From positions 1,184,001 through 1,248,000 of the forward strand of contig OZ241855.1 in the NCBI GenBank assembly GCA_965202785.1: 64,000 nucleotides of DNA. The letters are read 5' to 3'. Below the pieces are notes generated by a model. It did no database searches. It saw only the letters and a list, made by a program, of their open reading frames with translations, and had not been told where the DNA came from. Position numbers and translations under genes: made by a program. Of the stretch, positions 29,319 to 38,704 are shown in pieces; the first letter of the stretch is position 1; every line of letters begins with the position of its first letter. Source of the DNA: Thermodesulfobacteriota bacterium (lineage in GTDB: Bacteria > Desulfobacterota_D > UBA1144 > Nemesobacterales > Nemesobacteraceae).

Positions 29319-30032
29319 TCAAATGGCTTTTCCGTCGGCATTCCGGGACTCTATCCACGATATTGCGGATTCAAACATTTTTCTGCCGTCCTCTGAACCT
29401 AGCAGGCTCTCGAAACTGCGCTCGGGATGAGGCATCATCCCGAGTACATTGCCCCGGTTATTGGCGATTCCTGCTATGTTGTCCTCGGCACCGCTTGGAT
29501 TCGCTTCGGCACTGAGCTCTCCCCCTTGCTCGCAGTAGCGCAAAACTATTCTCCGCTCCGAGACATTGTCCCCGTCCGGGGGCAGCACGAAATTGCCTTG
29601 GGCGTTTGCGACTGGCAGTTTCAGCACTTCTCCCCTGCGGAGAAGGCAAGTAAAGGGCGTATCGGTATCCTCGACCCTTACGTTTGTCCATCTGCAGACG
29701 AATTTCAGCGAGGAGTTGTGTATGAATGCCCCGGGAAGAAGTCCCGATTCAACAAGAATCTGAAACCCGTTGCATATTCCTATTACCGGGACTCCGGTTG
29801 CGGCAAGTTCCCTGAGAGGACTTACCACCGGAGAGAACTGCGATATAGCTCCCGCCCGAAGGTAGTCTCCGTAGGAAAACCCCCCTGGTATCACGATGCA
29901 GTCGATTCCCTCTAGGGAAGTTTCCTCGTGCCATATGAGTTCGCAGGGCCGGCCCAGGATTTTTTTTATGGCATGGTAGCAGTCGTGGTCGCAGTTGGAC
30001 CCCGGAAAGAACAAAACTCCGAAATTTGGCAT
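29319..30032 (-). CDS. purQ: FGAM synthase glutaminase subunit
   Basis: FPGSNCD, PGGFSYGDYLRAG, GICNGFQIL, MMPHPER. Confidence 0.96.
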   Translation of the reverse strand: MPNFGVLFFPGSNCDHDCYHAIKKILGRPCELIWHEETSLEGIDCIVIPGGFSYGDYLRAGAISQFSPVVSPLRELAATGVPVIGICNGFQILVESGLLPGAFIHNSSLKFVCRWTNVRVEDTDTPFTCLLRRGEVLKLPVANAQGNFVLPPDGDNVSERRIVLRYCEQGGELSAEANPSGAEDNIAGIANNRGNVLGMMPHPERSFESLLGSEDGRKMFESAISWIESRNADGKAI

Positions 30033-30033
30033 C

Positions 30034-30288
30034 TTACTTCTCCGTTATCTCTACAGAAGAATCTTCAATTACGGGATTGGAGAGGAGCTTCCGGCACATT
30101 TCATCCGCTCTGCGGCCTACCTCATCGGCGGACTCCCCTTCCATGGTGAGTTCCACGACCTTTCCTACCCTCGCGTCGGAGACCCCGCTGAACCCCAGGC
30201 CACTGAGCGCATTAAGCACCGCTTTGCCCTGGGGGTCGAGCACCACGGGTTTGAGCTTAACCTCTATTTTCACAGAAAACTGTTTCAT
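30034..30288 (-). CDS. purS: FGAM synthase subunit PurS
   Basis: LKPVVLDPQGKAV, LLSNPVIED. Confidence 0.95.
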   Translation of the reverse strand: MKQFSVKIEVKLKPVVLDPQGKAVLNALSGLGFSGVSDARVGKVVELTMEGESADEVGRRADEMCRKLLSNPVIEDSSVEITEK

Positions 30289-30326
30289 CTCTTGTTTCCT
30301 TGCTCCGGTGTGAATTTCGCGGGATG

Positions 30327-31184
30327 TTACCCGCGCGAGAGCAGCATGCCGATGATTCTCTCAAGCTCCTCGGGAGAATAGTATTCTATCTCTATTTTCC
30401 CCTTTGTCTTGTTGCGGCTTATTCTTACCTTGGTTGAGAATTTCCCGGCAAGCTCTTCGGTAAGTTCTCTGGTGAATATATCTTCTTCTGGCTCCTCTGA
30501 GGGTGGTTCAGCGGACGGTCCGGCACCTCTGTTTTGCTTTTTTACAAGCGCTTCGGTTCTCCTTACCGTAAGATCCTTTCTCAGCACTTCGCCTAGAAGG
30601 AAATCCATTTCCTCAAGGGATGGGGCGCCAAGAAGCGCCCTTGCGTGTCCCGCCGTTACAGCGCCCGAAACAAGCGCTTCTTTAGCTTTATCAGATAGCT
30701 TGAGAAGCCTCAGCTGGTTTGTGATGACAGAGCGGTTTTTCCCCGTTTTTCTGGCTATATCGTCATGGGTAAGCCCGAAGCGCTCTGAGAGCTTTTCATA
30801 AGCCTCGGCCTCTTCAATGGGGTTTAAGTCCTCTCTTTGTATGTTTTCTATTAACGTGAGTTCCGCCACGTCCTGGTCGGTAGCGTCTCTTATAACTACG
30901 GGCAGTTTCTCGAGCTTGGCAATTTTCGCCGCTCTCCACCTGCGTTCCCCGGCCACTATTTCGAAGCCGCCGTTTTCCTTCCTGACTACAAGCGGCTGTA
31001 TGACCCCGTTTTCCTTTATGGACTCTGCGAGTTCCTCGAGCGCACCCTGTTCAAACTGCTTTCTCGGTTGCGAGGGATTCGGCTTAAGCAGATCCGTACT
31101 TACCATCTGGTACCCGGTGGATTCTGTTTCCGGCTTCTTCGGAATAAGAGAGTCGAGTCCCCTTCCCAGGCTTCGTCTTTTCAC
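30327..31184 (-). CDS. parB: Chromosome partitioning protein ParB
   Basis: LGRGLDSLI, NPSQPRK, AGERRWRA, ENIQREDLNPIEEA, HTH. Confidence 0.96.
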   Translation of the reverse strand: MKRRSLGRGLDSLIPKKPETESTGYQMVSTDLLKPNPSQPRKQFEQGALEELAESIKENGVIQPLVVRKENGGFEIVAGERRWRAAKIAKLEKLPVVIRDATDQDVAELTLIENIQREDLNPIEEAEAYEKLSERFGLTHDDIARKTGKNRSVITNQLRLLKLSDKAKEALVSGAVTAGHARALLGAPSLEEMDFLLGEVLRKDLTVRRTEALVKKQNRGAGPSAEPPSEEPEEDIFTRELTEELAGKFSTKVRISRNKTKGKIEIEYYSPEELERIIGMLLSRG

Positions 31185-31185
31185 G

Positions 31186-31974
31186 TCAGTTAACCTCCAC
31201 CGCCCTGCTTATTATCTCATTTGCGAGTTTCATGTAGTTCTGAGCTCCGCTTGACTTGATTTCGTAAAGTAAAAGTGGTTTTCCGTGGCTTGGCGCTTCG
31301 GCGAGCTTCACGTTTCTGCTTATTACGGTGTTGAAGGTCTTTTCGCCGAAGTGGTTCCTTACGTCCTCGGCCACTGAATGACATATGTTATTACGGGAAT
31401 CGAACATCGTCAAAAGATAACCCTCCACCTCGAGCGAAGGATTGAGTCTCTGCTTGGCGAGGGATATGGTCGTCTGCAGCTGGCCTATTCCTTCAAGAGC
31501 GTAGTATTCGCACTGAACGGGTATTAGCACCCGGTCGGCCGCGGCAAGCGCGTTTATGGTGAGCAGACTGAGAGACGGCGGGGCGTCTATGAATATGTAA
31601 TCGTACTCGGCCCTTATTTCGTCAATAACTTTCTTGAGACGGTATTCCCTGTTTTCGGTCTCTATAAGGTGTATCTCGGCCCCGGTGAGTTCGTGGTTTG
31701 CCGGACACAGGTGCAGGTAACCGTTCAGAAGCTCAGGATAAATGTCAATTGTGGTGTCCGGGAGCTTTACTTCTCCCAGTATAACGCTGCAGATGTTTTT
31801 CGAATTAACCGAATCCTTGTCAATGCCGAGCCCTCCGGTTGCATTTCCCTGCGAATCAAGATCTATTAGAAGCGTGCGGCGGTTTGCGACCGCCAGAGAG
31901 GCTGAAAGGTTTACCGCGGTTGTGGTTTTACCGACTCCCCCTTTCTGATTTACCACGCATATTACTTTTGACAT
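31186..31974 (-). CDS. parA: Chromosome partitioning ATPase ParA/Soj
   Basis: NQKGGVGKTTT, DLDSQGNAT, PVQCEYYALEG, EAPSHG. Confidence 0.96.
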   Translation of the reverse strand: MSKVICVVNQKGGVGKTTTAVNLSASLAVANRRTLLIDLDSQGNATGGLGIDKDSVNSKNICSVILGEVKLPDTTIDIYPELLNGYLHLCPANHELTGAEIHLIETENREYRLKKVIDEIRAEYDYIFIDAPPSLSLLTINALAAADRVLIPVQCEYYALEGIGQLQTTISLAKQRLNPSLEVEGYLLTMFDSRNNICHSVAEDVRNHFGEKTFNTVISRNVKLAEAPSHGKPLLLYEIKSSGAQNYMKLANEIISRAVEVN

Positions 31975-31988
31975 TTGGCTGTAAAAAA

Positions 31989-32017
31989 ATGATAAACTTG
32001 GCGATGTTATCAGTCAA
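31989..32017 (-). promoter_or_regulatory. Putative sigma70 promoter of parA
   Basis: Minus strand TTGACT (32017-32012), 17 nt spacer, TATCAT (31994-31989). Confidence 0.6.
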
Positions 32018-32070
32018 ATGAGTCTTGTCCCGGAACTGCATCTGCGCGGACAGTTCCCGGAGGGTTAGCC

Positions 32071-32523
32071 TTGATAAACAGGATATGCGTTGTTTTCTCG
32101 ACTTTTTTCGGGGTGGGATATGTGCCCGGAGCCCCCGGAACGGCGGGGACTCTCGCGGCGGTCGGGGTCGTATACCTGCTCAGCCTCGCGGATGGCGCGG
32201 TTTTTTATTCGGCATTCACGTTGGGACTGATCCTTGCCTCTTTTATCGCCGCTGGCCGTTGCGTGCCGATTTTTAAAAGGGAAGATCCTCCTGAGGTCGT
32301 GATTGATGAGGTATGCGGATTTTTGGTGTGCATGCTTTTCATAACGCCTGATCCACTTAACCTTGCAGTCGGTTTTTTCCTGTTCAGGTTTTTCGATATA
32401 GCAAAGCCGTTTCCGATAAGAAGGGCCGAGAGTCTGCCGGGGGGCTACGGTATCGTTATGGATGACGTTCTGGCCGGGGTGTACGCTAATTTCTGCCTGC
32501 AGGTGCTTGTCCGGCTCTATTGA
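32071..32523 (+). CDS. pgpA: Phosphatidylglycerophosphatase A
   Basis: APGTAGT, DPPEVVIDE, FRFFDIAKPFPI, GIVMDD. Confidence 0.93.
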   Translation: MINRICVVFSTFFGVGYVPGAPGTAGTLAAVGVVYLLSLADGAVFYSAFTLGLILASFIAAGRCVPIFKREDPPEVVIDEVCGFLVCMLFITPDPLNLAVGFFLFRFFDIAKPFPIRRAESLPGGYGIVMDDVLAGVYANFCLQVLVRLY

Positions 32524-32552
32524 TGATGCCGCGCTCCCAGTCTTTGCCGGAT

Positions 32553-32978
32553 TCAGGAATAAAGCAGAAAAGGATTCTGCACGGTTACCGTCCCGTACGT
32601 GCGTCCATGCTGAAAATCTTCCGAGAGCAGTTCCCTTATGCCGTGAACTTCCGCGTAAGCCCAGATATGGGCGTCAAACCACGACAGGCCGTATGCCACG
32701 GCACCGCGCAGAGCCATTCGCAATACGGCGTCATCGGGGTAGATGACCAGGAACTGGGACATCAGTTCTTCTGCTTCGCGTATCGCGTCCGGAAGATCAA
32801 GTATGCGGTCCTCGGGCGCTCCCCGGGTTGTAGCTGAGACGAATTCAACAATTGACTGGTGGGCGATGTGAGGACGCTTTCCAGCTATGCCACCACGAAC
32901 AACACTCCTTGCAATCCGTTTCTTGTCTGGAAACCGACCGTCATAGCAATAGATCAGCACGTTGGTGTCAATCAGCAT
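32553..32978 (-). CDS. PIN-domain (VapC-like) toxin
   Basis: LIDTNVL, QSIVEF, SWFDAHI, LSEDF acidic tetrad. Start ATG 32978 (alternative GTG 32990) overlaps the antitoxin 3' end. Confidence 0.88.
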   Translation of the reverse strand: MLIDTNVLIYCYDGRFPDKKRIARSVVRGGIAGKRPHIAHQSIVEFVSATTRGAPEDRILDLPDAIREAEELMSQFLVIYPDDAVLRMALRGAVAYGLSWFDAHIWAYAEVHGIRELLSEDFQHGRTYGTVTVQNPFLLYS

Positions 32979-33264
32979 TTGGACTGCCACGAGTGTAGAG
33001 TTCTTCTCGGGTCCAGCCTCGCTCAGTCGCAGGAGCCCGTGTCCTTCCCGCTTCACGGGCATCTTGCCGGGCCATTGCCTCATCAAACATGCGCAGACGC
33101 GTTTCAGTGTCGAGCTCCTTTTTTTGCGTCCGGGCACCTGCGGGCACCACGCGGATTGTTTCTCCGGCCTCCTCAAAACGTATATCATCTCCTGGCCGAA
33201 TGTCGTAACGCTTGGCAATCGCTTTTGGCACCGTTACCTGTAATTTGCTGCTTACTTTAGCCAT
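32968..33264 (-). CDS. AbrB/MazE-family antitoxin
   Basis: Swapped-hairpin motif KVSSKLQVTVPKAIAKRYDIRPGDDIRF; C-terminal WTREELY tail typical of VapB partners. Confidence 0.88.
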   Translation of the reverse strand: MAKVSSKLQVTVPKAIAKRYDIRPGDDIRFEEAGETIRVVPAGARTQKKELDTETRLRMFDEAMARQDAREAGRTRAPATERGWTREELYTRGSPNAD

Positions 33265-33298
33265 ATCCTTACTTTATCAAAGAAAGTTTCTTTGTCAA
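33251..33298 (-). promoter_or_regulatory. TA module promoter/operator
   Basis: TTGACA (33298-33293), 16 nt spacer, extended -10 TGaTAAAGT. Perfect 8-bp inverted repeat CAAAGAAA-g-TTTCTTTG (33278-33294). Direct repeat TAAAGTAAG at 33276-33268 and 33259-33251. Confidence 0.7.
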
Positions 33299-33350
33299 TC
33301 ATGTGATAACCTTTCCACCGGGTTTTCTTACCAGTTAAAATTACCCGGCA

Positions 33351-34595
33351 ATGTGTGTTGAGATAATCACAACCGGAAATGAGATAATGAGCGGTCTCAC
33401 CCGGGATACCAATTTCAGCTGGGTAGCCGCGGAACTGTCCTCATCCGGTATTGAGGTTAAGCACCACTGCGCGGTCGCCGATGATCTTGACGATCTTCTC
33501 GCTTCTTTCGCTACGGCATCAAAGAGAGCCAGATTTGTAATAGTCACAGGAGGGCTTGGCCCCACCGAGGATGATCTGAGCGCGCTTGCCGCCTCGAAGT
33601 TTCTGGGAACTCCCCTTGTTTTTAATCCAGCGGTCTATGGAGACATCGCCCGAAAACTTAGGAGTAGGGGAAGGGAGCCCAACATCCATCATGAAAAACA
33701 GGCCATGTTCCCTGAAAAAACGGCGGTTATTGAAAATCCCGTCGGTACGGCCGCAGGGTTCAGTTTTGTTTCCGGCAACTCGAAATTCTACTTTCTTCCC
33801 GGTGTCCCGAGGGAATTCCGGCAGATGTTCAGAGAACATGTTTTCCCGGATATAAGTGGTGTTGCGGAAAAGGGAAGCATCCTGCGCGTGAGAGTGCTCA
33901 GGACCTTTGGCCTGGGCGAATCCGAGGTGGCGGAAAAACTGGAAGGCTTCTCCCCCGAAGGGGTGGATGTCGGGTACAGGATCCGCCTGCCCGAGATCCA
34001 TCTGCGTCTCACGACCTCGGGTCATGATGGCGAGGTGCTGGATTTGCTTCTGCGCGATGCCTGTGCGCAGGCGAAAGAAAGACTGGGGGATTTTCTCTTT
34101 TCCCAGGAGGACGAACCCCTTGAGGAGGTGACCGCGGCTTTGTTGCTTGAAAAAGACCTGACCCTTTCTGCCGCGGAGTCTTGCACAGGAGGGCTTTGCT
34201 CGAGCCGCTTTACGGACATTCCCGGAAGTTCGGCTTACTTTCTGGGCGGAGCGGTGGTATACAGCAACGAATCAAAGGAGAAGCTTCTCGGGGTAAACGT
34301 GGATACGCTCACCAGGTTCGGCGCGGTGAGCGAGCAGGTGGTTTTCGAAATGGCCCGTGGGGCGAGAGATCTTTTCGGAACCGATATAGGAATTTCCATA
34401 TCCGGGATTGCGGGTCCGGGAGGCGGGACCGCGGAGAAGCCCGTGGGCACCGTGTGGTTCGGATTCAGTCACCCGACCTCGGGGACTTTCTGCGAGAAAC
34501 GGAATTTTGCCGGAACCAGGGACGAGATAAAAAACTTTGCCGCTTCCACAGCCATCGATATGGTTAGGAAGTTCTGCCTTGATTATGTAGGATAG
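33351..34595 (+). CDS. cinA: CinA (MoCF-like domain plus NMN deamidase PncC domain)
   Basis: TGNEI, TGGLGPTEDD, LPGVPRE, AESCTGG, GIAGPGGGTAEKPVGTV. Lies upstream of recA. Confidence 0.93.
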   Translation: MCVEIITTGNEIMSGLTRDTNFSWVAAELSSSGIEVKHHCAVADDLDDLLASFATASKRARFVIVTGGLGPTEDDLSALAASKFLGTPLVFNPAVYGDIARKLRSRGREPNIHHEKQAMFPEKTAVIENPVGTAAGFSFVSGNSKFYFLPGVPREFRQMFREHVFPDISGVAEKGSILRVRVLRTFGLGESEVAEKLEGFSPEGVDVGYRIRLPEIHLRLTTSGHDGEVLDLLLRDACAQAKERLGDFLFSQEDEPLEEVTAALLLEKDLTLSAAESCTGGLCSSRFTDIPGSSAYFLGGAVVYSNESKEKLLGVNVDTLTRFGAVSEQVVFEMARGARDLFGTDIGISISGIAGPGGGTAEKPVGTVWFGFSHPTSGTFCEKRNFAGTRDEIKNFAASTAIDMVRKFCLDYVG

Positions 34596-34639
34596 TAGTT
34601 TCAGAATCCTAAAAAAACCGAAACGGAGATTAAGACGGA

Positions 34640-35671
34640 ATGAGCGATCTTGACGAGAAGAACAAGAATATAGATGTAGCTATCAGCACCATAGAGAAGC
34701 AGTTTGGAAAGGGTTCCATAATGAGACTGGGGGAAGACGCTTCCCTCTCGGACATTCCGGTTATTACCTCGGGTTCCCTTGGACTTGATATAGCGCTTGG
34801 AGTCGGGGGGTTTCCCAGGGGAAGAATCGTCGAAGTTTACGGTCCGGAGGCCTCGGGCAAGACCACCATAGCGCTCCACGCAATCGCGGAAGCCCAGAAG
34901 GCCGGCGGAATAACCGCATTTGTCGATGCCGAGCATGCTCTTTCGACAAGCTACGCGGCGGCACTTGGGATTAAAGTGGAGGACCTTCTTATTTCGCAGC
35001 CCGATTTCGGAGAACAGGCCCTTGAAATTGTCGATACTCTCATAAGAAGCAATGCGGTTGACCTCATAGTGCTTGACTCGGTTGCGGCCCTTACCCCGCG
35101 CGCCGAAATCGAGGGGGAGATGGGAGACACTCACGTAGGTCTTCAGGCAAGGCTTATGTCGCAGGCGCTTCGCAAGATAACTGCTAACGTGAGCCGCTCG
35201 AAAACCATAGTTATTTTCGTTAACCAGCTTCGCATGAAGATCGGGGTTCCGGCGTACATGAACCCCGAAACCACAACCGGGGGTAACGCGCTTCGGTTCT
35301 ACTCGTCGGTGAGAGTTGACATAAGGCGCATTGGATCTCTTAAGGACGGCGACCGTATAATTGGCAACAGGGTCAGGGCGAAGCTTGTCAAGAATAAAGT
35401 CGCTCCGCCTTTTAGGGAGGCGGAATTCGAGGTGATTTTCGGAAGGGGAATATCAAAACTCGGGGAGCTTGTGGATCTTGGAACCAAGTTCAACGTGGTA
35501 AAGAAAAGCGGAACTTGGTATTCCTACGAAGGCGAGAGAATAGGACAGGGCAGGGAGAATTCCAAAAAATTTCTGCACGAACATCCGGAAATTCGCGAAA
35601 AAATAAGAAACGGGATCATAGAAGCCTCGGGGATAGGTTCTTCTGAGGAAGTGGAAACTTCGAAAAAATAA
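34640..35671 (+). CDS. recA: Recombinase RecA
   Basis: [47 protein letters not shown]. Confidence 0.99.
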   Translation: MSDLDEKNKNIDVAISTIEKQFGKGSIMRLGEDASLSDIPVITSGSLGLDIALGVGGFPRGRIVEVYGPEASGKTTIALHAIAEAQKAGGITAFVDAEHALSTSYAAALGIKVEDLLISQPDFGEQALEIVDTLIRSNAVDLIVLDSVAALTPRAEIEGEMGDTHVGLQARLMSQALRKITANVSRSKTIVIFVNQLRMKIGVPAYMNPETTTGGNALRFYSSVRVDIRRIGSLKDGDRIIGNRVRAKLVKNKVAPPFREAEFEVIFGRGISKLGELVDLGTKFNVVKKSGTWYSYEGERIGQGRENSKKFLHEHPEIREKIRNGIIEASGIGSSEEVETSKK

Positions 35672-35980
35672 TCTCTATTCTGTTGTCTAGATAAGAATTT
35701 AGCATTTTTAGATTAAGAGAGAAGTGATTTCCTTATTGAGAAAGAGAATCCACACAGTCTGTTTCAGAAATAAGACAGTCTTAAACATTTATTTATTCGC
35801 TTCTTAGCTGGGTAGTTCATGACTTAGTATTCAAGTTTGAACCCTGACTTTGCAAGTGGGTTTCTATCAAGATAAAAAACAAAATAGACCATTATCCTCG
35901 AGAATGTCTCAGTCTTAGAATACCGAATAGAGTTTTATTTACTGCTGAACCATCTGCGATGCTTAAGGGTTAGATCTAAG

Positions 35981-38548
35981 ATGAAATATATAAAAGGAAA
36001 AAAGTTTGTGCGAAGTGTTGAAGATCTCAACCGCGGAGGCGGCCAATCTTCTAAAGTGGCAGATAAGATATTTGCTGCTATAGGAAAGTTAGGTATCGGC
36101 AAAGACCCCTTCAAAGGTTTTAAGCTTACGAGACACGGTGAAAGCCGCATTAAGAACTGTCGAAAATATGATCTGGGAAATGGCTGTCGGCTTATTACTG
36201 TGGTCAAAGATGGAAATTGTTTTTTGCTTTACGCCGGTTCTCACGATGATTGTGATAAGTGGCTTGACAGGCACAGAGGTATTACTCCATCCGTGAATAA
36301 TGATGGAAATATTGTTGAAACGTTTCAATCTAATAATCTTGATCCGTCTATTCGGATAATAGGCAATTCCGATTCTTCGCATGGAAAACTTTTTGAAAAA
36401 CTTGAAGATAAAGACTTTGATTTTCTAGTTGAAGGTGTCTCTTGGAGAATCGTTAATCAAATAACAGATCTGGAATCAATCAACGACGAAGATGAAATCT
36501 ATGAAGTTGTCAAAGATATAGAAGATGAAGACAGGCGGAAAGCAATTTACGATACCTTCGTGAAGCTTAGGCAAGGTGACATCAAAGCTGCCGTTAATTG
36601 TGTGGCTTCTTTACGTGGTGATATTGTTTCTATTGGATCTGATACTGAAGTTAAAAATAGCGATGATTTCCATATTATTACAACAAATTCACCTCGAGAG
36701 TTAGAACAATTTGAATATTACATTCGCAATGCTGATTATCGGGACTGGATGATGTTCATGCATCCAGAGCAGCAAAGAATGGCAACTGCTGAATTTTCCG
36801 GTCCAACCAAACTTACCGGAGTGTCTGGGTCCGGCAAAACCTGTATTGTGGTAAAACGCGCTATCACACTTGCTGAACGTTATCCGGATGAAAAGATTCT
36901 CGTCTTGACTCTGAACCGCCCCTTAGCTGGCCTGATTCAAGATCTTGTTTTGAATTGTTGTGCTTTTCCAGAAGTGCGAGGCCATATTAAGGTAGCACCT
37001 TTTTTTGAGCTTTGCCAAGAATTTCTGGGTGAATTCGAACCGGAAAACAAAAAAACTTATGATGATCAGACGTGGAAAACGCTTGAACACATTGATGATG
37101 TATGGAGGGAGTTTTATAGACTTGAACTTAATAATAGGGATGCGGAGTGTATGTTGCCCGTTCATGATTCTCTTATATCCCAAGGTATTGACGCCGAGCG
37201 TTACATACGAGAGGAGTTTGACTGGATTAGAAGTGCTATGAGTTATGGTCAACGTGAAAGGTATCTAGGCGGAATTGAACGTTCAGGAAGATCCTATCCT
37301 TTACTTAAAGAATTTCGCTCTATGTTATTAAATGGTCTCGAAAAATGGGAACATAAAATGCGGGAAATTGGGATAACCGATTATTTGGGAGTTGCCACGG
37401 CTCTTTACCGCCATAGGGATAGATTACAACCGACTTATAGATGTATACTCATCGACGAGTGTCAGGACTTTGGCACGATTGAACTTGAACTCGTAGTGGC
37501 GCTTGCTCAAGACGGAACTGATAACCTCTTTTTTTGTGGAGATGCAGCACAACATGTTTCGTGGAAACATCAGTCTTTTAAAGATGCAGGTATTTCTTTG
37601 CCTGGGGCCCGTTCAAGGAAAATTGATCAAAACTATCGCAATAGTCGTAATATCTTGCAGGTAGCCTATGAGATCCTCTGTAACAATCTTACTGAAGAAA
37701 TGATTGAGAAAGAAGATTTCGAGATACTTGATCCGAAATTTGCCAATTTCGGTGGACCGAAACCATTACGACTCAAAGCAAGATCGCTTGAGGATGAAAT
37801 AGCATACGCAATTGCTTATGCAAGATCGGAACTCGAAGGTTATCCAAATCGCAAGGCGTGTATCGCTATCTGTGGTTACACCCTTCAACAAATACAAGAA
37901 TTGGGCAAGAGGAACAGTCTCCCCGTTCTTGAAGGTACTCTAAGCATTGAAAAAGAGCCACTTTTTCTTTCAGATCTAGAGCAGACGAAGGGTTTTGAGT
38001 TCGATTTGGTATGTATAGTGAATGCAGGTAAAGGGGTAATTCCTAACCTTGCAACGCCCTCGCACGAGCAGTTCAGGGATTTGTCTAAGCTGTATGTCGC
38101 TATGACTAGAGCGAAACTTAAATTAATACTTTCTTATTCTGGAGATCCTTCTCCTTATCTTGAATTTAACAGAGCGGAAGAGTACTTTCGCTCCGAGATG
38201 TGGGAGGATTCTTTCCACGGGGAGAAAATCCTGAAGCTAGGTGTGCCACCGAATTTAGATGAATTGCACGAGAAGCATTTACGGTACGATTTGCCGTTGT
38301 TTGACAAAATGAAGATAGAAGAGTTTCTCTATACTCCTCAAGCCCGCGGACTTTCACTTAGGCTAATCAGAAAACTCCGGGATTTGGTGAAAGGGAAAAC
38401 TCGAAACAAGAAAAATCCCCTTATAAAGTGGCGAGTGCTGTCTGAAATTGCAGAAAAAGCAATTGAATATCCAGATGAGGCCCGCAAACACTTTGGATCG
38501 GAATACGAAGAATTTCAGGAACTTGTAGAGCGTCTAGGTCTTCACTAA
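35981..38548 (+). CDS. Superfamily-1 (UvrD-like) helicase with N-terminal RelE/ParE-like domain
   Basis: Q motif HPEQ, Walker A GVSGSGKT, Ia LTLNRPLA, II IDECQD, III GDAAQ, IV NYRN, V KGFEF, VI LYVAMTRA. AT-rich. The N-terminal domain assignment is inferred. Confidence 0.8.
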   Translation: MKYIKGKKFVRSVEDLNRGGGQSSKVADKIFAAIGKLGIGKDPFKGFKLTRHGESRIKNCRKYDLGNGCRLITVVKDGNCFLLYAGSHDDCDKWLDRHRGITPSVNNDGNIVETFQSNNLDPSIRIIGNSDSSHGKLFEKLEDKDFDFLVEGVSWRIVNQITDLESINDEDEIYEVVKDIEDEDRRKAIYDTFVKLRQGDIKAAVNCVASLRGDIVSIGSDTEVKNSDDFHIITTNSPRELEQFEYYIRNADYRDWMMFMHPEQQRMATAEFSGPTKLTGVSGSGKTCIVVKRAITLAERYPDEKILVLTLNRPLAGLIQDLVLNCCAFPEVRGHIKVAPFFELCQEFLGEFEPENKKTYDDQTWKTLEHIDDVWREFYRLELNNRDAECMLPVHDSLISQGIDAERYIREEFDWIRSAMSYGQRERYLGGIERSGRSYPLLKEFRSMLLNGLEKWEHKMREIGITDYLGVATALYRHRDRLQPTYRCILIDECQDFGTIELELVVALAQDGTDNLFFCGDAAQHVSWKHQSFKDAGISLPGARSRKIDQNYRNSRNILQVAYEILCNNLTEEMIEKEDFEILDPKFANFGGPKPLRLKARSLEDEIAYAIAYARSELEGYPNRKACIAICGYTLQQIQELGKRNSLPVLEGTLSIEKEPLFLSDLEQTKGFEFDLVCIVNAGKGVIPNLATPSHEQFRDLSKLYVAMTRAKLKLILSYSGDPSPYLEFNRAEEYFRSEMWEDSFHGEKILKLGVPPNLDELHEKHLRYDLPLFDKMKIEEFLYTPQARGLSLRLIRKLRDLVKGKTRNKKNPLIKWRVLSEIAEKAIEYPDEARKHFGSEYEEFQELVERLGLH

Positions 38549-38704
38549 AAAATGTTCGAATTGCTGGACGAAGTGAAATTAATCAATTGGTAATACTCAG
38601 TTTCAAGGTAGTTGAAGCGTATTTTTAGGTCTGGTGACCGTTTAACCTATTATGCTTCACAGATGTTAGGGGTGATTTCAGCTTTTCTGTTTTGAGGGAT
38701 ACAG

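Noticed and set aside
30327-32070. parS sites near parAB
   Set aside because: No match to the TGTTTCACGTGAAACA consensus was seen.
32979-33218. N-terminal extension of the 221-aa ORF 32553..33218
   Set aside because: It overlaps the antitoxin in another frame. The PIN domain begins at MLIDTN (32978).
34596-34639. LexA/SOS box upstream of recA or cinA
   Set aside because: No recognisable CTGT-N8-ACAG or GAAC-N4-GTTC palindrome.
35981-38548. Calling the helicase the housekeeping uvrD/pcrA or Gabija gajB
   Set aside because: It has atypical composition, ~250 extra N-terminal residues and a divergent Walker A context, and there is no adjacent GajA-like ATPase-TOPRIM gene.
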